DNA from: an uncultured Candidatus Saccharibacteria bacterium
GTDB taxonomy: Bacteria > Patescibacteriota > UBA1384 > DTJR01
Assembly (NCBI GenBank): GCA_964487045.1
Contig: CAZAOT010000002.1
Coordinates: forward strand, 53,305 to 117,304
Direction: 5' to 3'
DNA: 64,000 bases
A program made the position numbers and the translations under genes. Positions within the stretch are counted from its first letter, which is position 1. Every line of letters begins with the position of its first letter. Shown here piece after piece: positions 56,954-64,000 of this stretch. The notes beneath the pieces were generated by a model. It did no database searches, had not been told where the DNA came from, and saw only the letters and a list, made by a program, of their open reading frames with translations.

Positions 56954-57913
56954 TTAATTAACCGGGTTCTTAGCCGGCCTTCCCGCTAAAACTTCAATAA
57001 TATTTTCGCAAACGCATTCCCCCATCGCTCGCCTTGCTTCAAGAGTTGCGCTGGCAATATGCGGGGTCAAAACTACATTTTGTAGTTTATATAGCTCCTC
57101 GCTAACATCGCCCTCTTTCTCAAAGACATCTAGCCCGGCGGCAAAAATCTCACCATCACGAAGTGCATTAATAAGCGCATCCTCATCGATGATAGCTCCC
57201 CTAGCAGTATTTATTAGGATAGCTGACTTCTTCATTGCTTTTAGCTCACTAGAGCCAATCATGTGGCGGGTAGAGTCCAAAAGTGGCACATGGATTGAAA
57301 TAAAATCACTGCGCTCTATAAGAGTGTTAAGCGAAACATGATCAGCCTGAAAATTTCTTTCAACTTCTTCGTTCTTGTTGATATCGCTATAAAGAACCTT
57401 CATACCGAAGCCATGATATGCTATTTGGCAAAGAGCCTGACCAATTCTACCAATTCCAATTATGCCCAAAGTTTTACCAGCAATTTCAGGTCCTAACAAT
57501 AAATTAGGTTCCCAGAGATCATACTTATCAGCTCTTACATATCTATCACCTTCGACTATACGCCTTGCGCATGCAAGCATAAGAGCCATAGCGTGCTCTG
57601 CAACGGCTTGGGTCATAACCTCAGGCGTATTTGTAACTACAATCCCCTTCTCTTTCGCATAAGAGACATCGATATTGTCAAATCCAACCGCATAATTAGC
57701 GATGATTTTTAATTCCGGCAGAAGGGCATCAATAATTTCTTTATCTATCTTATCGCTGAGCAAAGTAACTACAGCCTCTGAGCCCTTAGCCCTGCGGATG
57801 AATTCTGGTTTAGCAAGTGACTCGTCCTTTTCGTTTATTTCAATTTGACACTGTTTTCTTTCTAAATGTTCTATACCTTCTTTATCGATCGGACGCGATA
57901 TAAATACTTTCAT
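56954..57913 (-). CDS. D-glycerate dehydrogenase / glyoxylate reductase family
   Basis: NYAVGFDNID, GIGRIG, INTARG, GLDVFE and TPHIASAT. Confidence 0.9.
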   Translation of the reverse strand: MKVFISRPIDKEGIEHLERKQCQIEINEKDESLAKPEFIRRAKGSEAVVTLLSDKIDKEIIDALLPELKIIANYAVGFDNIDVSYAKEKGIVVTNTPEVMTQAVAEHAMALMLACARRIVEGDRYVRADKYDLWEPNLLLGPEIAGKTLGIIGIGRIGQALCQIAYHGFGMKVLYSDINKNEEVERNFQADHVSLNTLIERSDFISIHVPLLDSTRHMIGSSELKAMKKSAILINTARGAIIDEDALINALRDGEIFAAGLDVFEKEGDVSEELYKLQNVVLTPHIASATLEARRAMGECVCENIIEVLAGRPAKNPVN

Positions 57914-57921
57914 TTTTTCTC

Positions 57922-58878
57922 CTAAATCGCAGAAAACTTTAATATCTTATTTTGATCAAGCTTCTTCATAATTTCGTGTGTAGTTAGCGACCCCGTGGTT
58001 GAACCCATCTCTTCGACAACAGATGCTGAATTGACCATTCCCCACTTTGCAGACTCCTCTAGTGAATTACCTTTTATTATGCCGCCTAGAAGAGCGCCTG
58101 CAAACGCATCGCCTGCTCCAGTTGAATCTTTCACTTTGGCAACTGCACTATGCATATGAAAATAGCTATCCTGACTCGCAAAATATGCACCGTTTTTGCC
58201 GTCAGTGATCACTGCTACATTTGTACCAAGTGAAATAATTTTTGCAAGCTGGTCTTTAATATCTTTTGCACCAAATAATTCATCTGCTTCTTCTCGATTT
58301 ATTATTAGCAAGGAAGTATATGGAAGAAGTGGTCTGAATAAATCAAAGTCTCTCAAAATAAAGCTACCTGGATTAAAAATTAGTTTCGATCCATTTGCGA
58401 CTGAGGCTCTTACGCTACTTATCAAATCTTCACACCCCTCTCCGGCAGAAGCGAGATAAATATAGTCGGATTTAGGTAATTTCAAACGCGAGTAATTTCT
58501 CTTTAGATGATTGGAAAGTACTGTCCGCTCACCTTTAAACAATAATATAAAAGATTGATTTGTCGTCTGATCAATTATGACGTTATCGTGACTAATTTTA
58601 TTAGAATCCAAATGACCAATTATTTCTCTTCCTTCGAAATCTTTCCCAACAAACGAAACTAAATTTACATCTATATCCAAGGCAGAAAGATTCGTTGATA
58701 CATTTAAAGCGCTACCGCCAAAAGATTTATAGACCTCTTCTATAGGAATTTTTTCTCCGTAACTAAAACAAATTTTTTTATCCTGAGAGCTTGGCTGGAT
58801 CAATCCAGCATCTTGTCCACCAATAACCAAAAAATGATCAGTAGAGCAATCCCCTACTACTGCTACTTTTATATTCAT
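57922..58878 (-). CDS. PfkB family carbohydrate kinase
   Basis: GGSALNV, NREEA and DSTGAGDAF. Confidence 0.9.
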   Translation of the reverse strand: MNIKVAVVGDCSTDHFLVIGGQDAGLIQPSSQDKKICFSYGEKIPIEEVYKSFGGSALNVSTNLSALDIDVNLVSFVGKDFEGREIIGHLDSNKISHDNVIIDQTTNQSFILLFKGERTVLSNHLKRNYSRLKLPKSDYIYLASAGEGCEDLISSVRASVANGSKLIFNPGSFILRDFDLFRPLLPYTSLLIINREEADELFGAKDIKDQLAKIISLGTNVAVITDGKNGAYFASQDSYFHMHSAVAKVKDSTGAGDAFAGALLGGIIKGNSLEESAKWGMVNSASVVEEMGSTTGSLTTHEIMKKLDQNKILKFSAI

Positions 58879-58918
58879 TAATTAAATTCTACCCTTCTCT
58901 AGATATAAAGGCAACGCG

Positions 58919-59458
58919 CTAAACCTTAAGAAAACTCACTTTCTTTCCCTTAGTATCGAGAGTAGCATACTCACCATTTTGAAGAGTCGGCACTTGAACC
59001 ATAAATGTAGATGGATACTGAACGGCGGTTTTTCGTGAGTGGAGATGCCCACTAATATGAATTTCTGGAGCATTATTTAGCTTATTTTTTAAAATAGAGA
59101 CAAGTGGAGGCCGATGTGTAACCAAAATCTTACCAGATAGTTCGCCCGCATTAGCCAAGGCCTCTTCATGATCACATATTCCGCATATCCCATCACGGCA
59201 AACCTGGTTAACTGAATACTTACTTTCGTGAAGCATCGTACTCGCACCGCCTTCATCAGCATTACCACAAATCACATAACCATTCACACCATGCTCATCG
59301 AAAAGGGCAAATATTTTTTCAAGAAAATCAGTGTCTGAATTTTGCGTAATATCACCCGAGATAATTACCCCCTCAGGAGATTCTCTTTTTATAATAAGAT
59401 CGATAAATTTAAGTGTTTTTTGAGCCGAATGTAGATCAGAAATTAATACTAATTTCAT
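58919..59458 (-). CDS. Metallophosphoesterase
   Basis: SDLH, SGDI, GN, THRPP and SGHLH. Confidence 0.85.
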   Translation of the reverse strand: MKLVLISDLHSAQKTLKFIDLIIKRESPEGVIISGDITQNSDTDFLEKIFALFDEHGVNGYVICGNADEGGASTMLHESKYSVNQVCRDGICGICDHEEALANAGELSGKILVTHRPPLVSILKNKLNNAPEIHISGHLHSRKTAVQYPSTFMVQVPTLQNGEYATLDTKGKKVSFLKV

Positions 59459-60093
59459 TGCCCCAGAGCTGACTTAACTTCCGCCTCTAGATTATTGAAA
59501 TTTTCGACTGGTTTATTATTTAAAAAAATACTTGGAGTTCCCTGGAGACCGAGCGCCAGAGCATCTTCTTCGTCCTTACTTACTCTTCCCTTAACCTCAT
59601 CCGAGTTTAAGTCTTTCTCAAATTGGCTTGAATTAAGCCCTAATTTTTTTGCCAACTCTTTGACGCCATCTTCAGTTGAGTTTGGTGTTTGAGAGAAAAG
59701 TGCGTCAGACATTTCCTTGATCTTACCTTGCTTATTAGCAGCCTCTGCAGCTTGAGCAAAAATACCGGCATCGTCATGAACAACAAAATTTCGAATCTGA
59801 ACATTTACATCATTAGGAAATTTTTCAAGAACTGAGTTTATTGCCTCGTGGGCAGTTTTACAATAAGGACAGAGATAGTCTGAGAAAATAACGAGCTTAA
59901 TCTTAGCATCAGATTTTCCAACAACTGGCGCCTTATCATTGCTAATAAGCGCTGGATCAGCAGGCTTAGCCTGGGCTGTTTTAGTGGGATTATTCGTATT
60001 TGTTCCAGATGAGGATGGATTGAGTAAGTATCCCCCCATCACGAGTCCAACAGCAACTATCACGATCAGAAAAATTATTTGTGGGTTTTTCAT
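59455..60093 (-). CDS. DsbA-family thioredoxin-fold protein
   Basis: TM anchor, FSDYLCPYC and GTPS. Confidence 0.9.
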   Translation of the reverse strand: MKNPQIIFLIVIVAVGLVMGGYLLNPSSSGTNTNNPTKTAQAKPADPALISNDKAPVVGKSDAKIKLVIFSDYLCPYCKTAHEAINSVLEKFPNDVNVQIRNFVVHDDAGIFAQAAEAANKQGKIKEMSDALFSQTPNSTEDGVKELAKKLGLNSSQFEKDLNSDEVKGRVSKDEEDALALGLQGTPSIFLNNKPVENFNNLEAEVKSALGQ

Positions 60094-60143
60094 AAGTCTT
60101 CCTTTTATTTTGCTTTATGAACTTTAACAAAAGATTTAAGCAA

Positions 60144-61109
60144 TTACAAAATTTGTGTATGGTCTAAAATTATTTTCTTTATGCTGTCAAAAGTCTGTTC
60201 ATATTTCCCTTGAAGGTTTTCGACGACAAAATCACATTCCTCTTTTCTTGAAATCTCTTTTTTAGCGATTTCCATTCTTCTAGCTATTTCTTCATCATCA
60301 TGCCCGCCGCGCTCTCTAAGTCTATACTCAATCTCATGGGTAGGAGCTGTAATAAAAATGGTTATAATATTTGAAAAATGCTTTTTGAGCTCAACTGCAC
60401 CATTAATATCTACTTCTGCAAGAATCGTCTTACCTGATTTATAAGCATCGGCAATTAAAGTATATGAGCTTCCATACCAATTATTGTCATGAAAATTTCT
60501 CTCAATTAACTTTCCTTGGTCATACATTTTCAAAAACTCGTCCTTACTAACATGAACTCGCAAAATTGGATCTTCTGGTCTTTTGAACTCGCGCGTCATA
60601 TATGTCTTAACACGTTCGAATTTATCAGGATACGTAGTCATCAAGTCTTTAATTATTACGCTCTTGCCGCAGGCAGTCGGAGCTACCAATATAATAAACT
60701 TATTCTCTTTCTTTTCTTCAAGTAATTTAATAACTATATCGATGTATTTCTTGTGAGAGGTAAACTCTAATTTTGATTTTGCCTCATCAGCTGACAAAAA
60801 TTCATACTCATCAAATTCTTCATCCTGAAGTTTTTGAACATTATCGATTTCGATCGCAACTACATTTTCAATAAACTCACCATGTTCGGACTCAAATTCA
60901 AAACTCATTTTGAGATCAGTGAAATTCAGAATCCTAACAAGTCCAAGCTCTTCCTCAATCTCCCTGAAAGCGCAATCGATATATGACTCCCCTTCTTCGC
61001 ACTTTGCAGTTGGATACTGCCAAATCTTCGTTTGCGGTCTTCGACATACTAAAAACAATGGTTTTTTATCCTTTATCTTATAGACAACCATTGATACTTT
61101 TTTTCTCAT
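60144..61109 (-). CDS. NUDIX hydrolase-guanylate kinase fusion
   Basis: Nudix box EEGESYIDCAFREIEEELG, then APTACGKS, YMTRE.R, NWYGS, EVDINGA and RLRERG. Confidence 0.85.
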   Translation of the reverse strand: MRKKVSMVVYKIKDKKPLFLVCRRPQTKIWQYPTAKCEEGESYIDCAFREIEEELGLVRILNFTDLKMSFEFESEHGEFIENVVAIEIDNVQKLQDEEFDEYEFLSADEAKSKLEFTSHKKYIDIVIKLLEEKKENKFIILVAPTACGKSVIIKDLMTTYPDKFERVKTYMTREFKRPEDPILRVHVSKDEFLKMYDQGKLIERNFHDNNWYGSSYTLIADAYKSGKTILAEVDINGAVELKKHFSNIITIFITAPTHEIEYRLRERGGHDDEEIARRMEIAKKEISRKEECDFVVENLQGKYEQTFDSIKKIILDHTQIL

Positions 61110-61366
61110 ATTTGAATCTCTATTTCTTGTCCGTCCTTGAGGCCGAGCTCATCCCAAATATCTCGCAAATCGATAAGTCGATGAGTGTGCATTTCTCCCG
61201 AACAATCACATGGAACATCATAAACTCGAAGGCTTAAATTTTTGTCATTAAGCTTATACTTTGACTCACCTAAAGAAAAATATTCCCAAAATTTTTTAGG
61301 AATTAAAATATACTTATCAATATCACTAAATTTTCGCTTTTCATTGAAATGAGCTGTGAGCTTCAT
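61106..61366 (-). CDS. Small hypothetical protein with CxC...HxH
   Basis: 86 aa, coupled to the downstream gene. Confidence 0.7.
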   Translation of the reverse strand: MKLTAHFNEKRKFSDIDKYILIPKKFWEYFSLGESKYKLNDKNLSLRVYDVPCDCSGEMHTHRLIDLRDIWDELGLKDGQEIEIQI

Positions 61367-61375
61367 ATAAATAAT

Positions 61376-62473
61376 TTATTTAGTCATTAATTTTAGACTG
61401 CTATATGCTATTCCTAGTCCAACTAGACAGATAACAAAGATTACAATTGGTCCGACAAACGGAACAAAGTTTAATAAGCCAATTATCATCGCGCCAACTA
61501 TTGCAGCAAGGTAATCAACTCGCAATTGCTTTGATTTAGTTATCCATTTAATCAAGACCGACCCAGCGAAAATTGACGCATAAGCGTACGCGAATATCCA
61601 AGCTAAGATGTACAAAAGGCCTAGCGCGAATGCGGAGAATATACCGACATAAGTAAGCGCCAAGATCAAAATTATTATTGGAGTCACAACCGTAGCAACT
61701 AGACCAGTTAGAAGTGTTGCTGAGAATTTCTCTTGTGCTTGCGTAATCAGATTTGTAATAGTTTTTCTCTGAACCCACGCGACTAACGCACCAAACAGCA
61801 TCAGCATCATTAGGCCACCTATGATTGATGAATTAGAATTTAGGACATCTTTCTGAATTTTATTGAAGCTTGGGTTTGATACGAGTGACTCAGGAAACTG
61901 AAGTTCCTTATCTGCGAAGTAGCTAAGTTTGCCTTTAATTTTTGAATTATCATCGGAGGATATTTGATCACTTATGAGCTCAACATCTTTTTCCGCAATA
62001 AATCCTTCTAAGATAATTTTTCCTGCCCCTGCTTTTACGTTGCCAGCGACCTGACCTCTTAAGTACAGGTTTCCTCCATATACATAGACATCTCCATCAA
62101 TAATACTAGGGCTTTCGAGAGATACATTGCCACCGAACATAATCAAATCGCCTTTAATGTGACTAGCGATAGTAACATCACCTGCTCCAATAACTAATCT
62201 ATTGCCTATTTCAGGCGATTTAACGCTTGCCTTAGCGCCAAAAAGGTAGGCGCTATTTTCAACTGAATTGTTTACTTCGATTTCTCCAGCAAATATCGTT
62301 AAATCGCCCTTAGTATCACTTTTGATTTTGGCAAAATTAGAAAAAATTAGCGGATTTTTCTGCTGTTTTTCAATTGTAATCATGTCTCCGCTTGAGACTT
62401 CCGCAGCTTTAGCTTGAGATCCAGTTACGCCTAAAGCTAAAATTAGAGCAAGCAAGACAAAATATCTTCTCAT
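61376..62473 (-). CDS. Bactofilin/polymer-forming-like beta-helical repeat membrane protein
   Basis: Signal peptide, repeated I.GD.....G...L motifs, C-terminal TM bundle with FVPFVG. Confidence 0.75.
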   Translation of the reverse strand: MRRYFVLLALILALGVTGSQAKAAEVSSGDMITIEKQQKNPLIFSNFAKIKSDTKGDLTIFAGEIEVNNSVENSAYLFGAKASVKSPEIGNRLVIGAGDVTIASHIKGDLIMFGGNVSLESPSIIDGDVYVYGGNLYLRGQVAGNVKAGAGKIILEGFIAEKDVELISDQISSDDNSKIKGKLSYFADKELQFPESLVSNPSFNKIQKDVLNSNSSIIGGLMMLMLFGALVAWVQRKTITNLITQAQEKFSATLLTGLVATVVTPIIILILALTYVGIFSAFALGLLYILAWIFAYAYASIFAGSVLIKWITKSKQLRVDYLAAIVGAMIIGLLNFVPFVGPIVIFVICLVGLGIAYSSLKLMTK

Positions 62474-62598
62474 TTTATTCTCCTTTTCTTTATGCTTAGG
62501 ATATCACTATCGCTCCTTTAATCAATCCTTTAATAATTTTTCTTACTCGACAAAGATTATTTTGTTTGATTAAATTTTACTAATATTAAAAAGGAGTT

Positions 62599-62787
62599 AT
62601 GGTGAAAATTGAAGTAGATAGAGATAAATGTATTGGATGCATGACTTGTGTCAACCTTTGCCCAGATTGTTTCGAGATGAAAGAAGGAAAAAGTTCACCA
62701 AAAGAATGCAAAGAGTGTAATTGTGACCTCAATGAAGTAGCCGAGAGTTGCCCTGTAGAGGCAATTACGATAAGCGAAAAAGAATAA
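62599..62787 (+). CDS. Ferredoxin
   Basis: CIGCMTCVNLCP...CPVEAI. Confidence 0.9.
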   Translation: MVKIEVDRDKCIGCMTCVNLCPDCFEMKEGKSSPKECKECNCDLNEVAESCPVEAITISEKE

Positions 62788-62938
62788 AGAAATAATACAA
62801 ACATTCCCGCCCGCCTCCACCTCGGAGGCGGGCGTTTTCATTTATAAACCATTGAATATCTATTTATACAGAGGTAATATACTAACAATACGTTCGTGAA
62901 AGAACCCCATCGGGGTTATTTGACAGGGAGGCTGTACG

Positions 62939-63319
62939 ATGAAAATGGCAGTCTGCATCACAGTGATTCTCGTTTTCTTTTCCCCAGTCGTCGCAGATGA
63001 CTCCGGCCACGACAAGGCAATCGCAGTAGAGATTGTCCTTCTCAAGGGTGTTATGACTCGCGGCGCGAGTAGGAGGAACATCGAGCTAGGCTCCGACACA
63101 AAGGTTCTCGTTAGATTCTCATGGAACAACGAGGGCTACCTCCAAGAACCCACCTATTCTCTCGAGAACAGCGCAGTCGTTGACGTGAGACTTAAGAAGG
63201 TCAGGCTCGCAGAGCGCTGCCAGCTAGACCTTGAGATCACCGCCAAATCTCCCGGCTCGACTAAGCTGAACTTCGCCGCTTGCGAACATCGCACCTTTCT
63301 AGGCTTCACGGTCAGGTGA
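62939..63319 (+). CDS. GC-richer secreted small beta-rich protein
   Basis: GGGAGG RBS, signal peptide, Ig-like alternating pattern. Confidence 0.6.
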   Translation: MKMAVCITVILVFFSPVVADDSGHDKAIAVEIVLLKGVMTRGASRRNIELGSDTKVLVRFSWNNEGYLQEPTYSLENSAVVDVRLKKVRLAERCQLDLEITAKSPGSTKLNFAACEHRTFLGFTVR

Positions 63320-64000
63320 TCCACCTGACTTGCCCGACCTCACAGGCCCTCCCTCGCGGATGGCCTGTTTGATTTCGGTAAATATCTCTGGGTGATTTTT
63401 GGCCCAGCGACCAATCATCACACCATCTAGATTTCCTATCTTTTTTTCAAAATCTTCTGCAGATTTAATATCACCATTTCCAAGAACTATAATGTTTGGA
63501 AATATACTTTTTATTTCAAATGCTAGAGTCCAATCAGATTCGCCTTTGTATTTTTGAGTAGGAGTACGTCCGTGTACCGATATCATATCTATTCCTGCAT
63601 CCACGAGCTGCCTTACAAACTCAATTGACTTGTTAATGTCTTTATCGGGAATTCTAATTTTGCAGCTCAGCTGTGTAGTTTTTAATACTTGGCGCATCGC
63701 CCTAATAATATCGGATGACTTTTGAGGGTCTGAAAGCTGGATAGCTCCAAATCCTTGTTTCTGAGCTTTCTGCACCGGGCAGCCAAAATTAACATCAATC
63801 CCATCTGGCTTGAGTTCCTGCTCTATCATCTTTGCCGCTTGCGCCATTACTTTTGGACTTGTACCGAATATTTGAACTATAATCGGTCGCTCAGCACTGC
63901 CAAAACTCATCATCTCCCAAGCTTGAGGAACTCGTCTTATAACGGCCTCGCTCGCTACCATTTCAGTAAACACGAGATCAGCTCCAGCTTTTCTGCAAGC
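63299..64000 (-). CDS. dus: tRNA-dihydrouridine synthase (5'-truncated by window)
   Basis: FTEMV, VQIFG, DVNFGCP, SVHGRT, GNGDI and GVMIGR. Confidence 0.93.
   Translation of the reverse strand, partial: ACRKAGADLVFTEMVASEAVIRRVPQAWEMMSFGSAERPIIVQIFGTSPKVMAQAAKMIEQELKPDGIDVNFGCPVQKAQKQGFGAIQLSDPQKSSDIIRAMRQVLKTTQLSCKIRIPDKDINKSIEFVRQLVDAGIDMISVHGRTPTQKYKGESDWTLAFEIKSIFPNIIVLGNGDIKSAEDFEKKIGNLDGVMIGRWAKNHPEIFTEIKQAIREGGPVRSGKSGGSPDREA

Overview
AT-rich bacterial chromosome segment using the standard code (TGA is a stop). It is most consistent with a Candidate Phyla Radiation/Patescibacteria genome, inferred from paired VirD4/HerA-like ATPases, a short Rel protein, long acidic extensions on L1, L7/L12 and NusA, and scattered palindromic elements. 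Positions 0.6-20.7 kb form an accessory region bounded by two near-identical ~228-bp structured direct repeats. It holds an ABC-F ATPase, DUF523/TudS, a sortase, superoxide reductase, a NUDIX/TruD-like/DHODH-4Fe4S/Gmk-like cluster, an NYN nuclease and a type I RM system with three interleaved unknown genes. Positions 20.7-52 kb are mostly housekeeping genes (mreB-like, murA, nusA, clpC, rel, hisS, lexA, prfB, pth, rplA, rplJL, tgt). They are interrupted at 37-40.7 kb by three secreted proteins, two of which share an N/Q/T-rich module and one of which is LPKTG-anchored. A dif-like 28-mer at 52379 sits where gene orientation flips, followed by a minus-strand run (secF, secD, trxB, gap and others, a NUDIX-Gmk fusion, dus). 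The best novelty candidates are a sortase-anchored amyloid/fibre-like system, two families of covarying structured non-coding elements, a C-nucleoside-like TruD cluster and the RM-embedded genes. I saw no tRNA, rRNA, CRISPR array or transposase. All calls come from reading motifs by eye; no searches were run.
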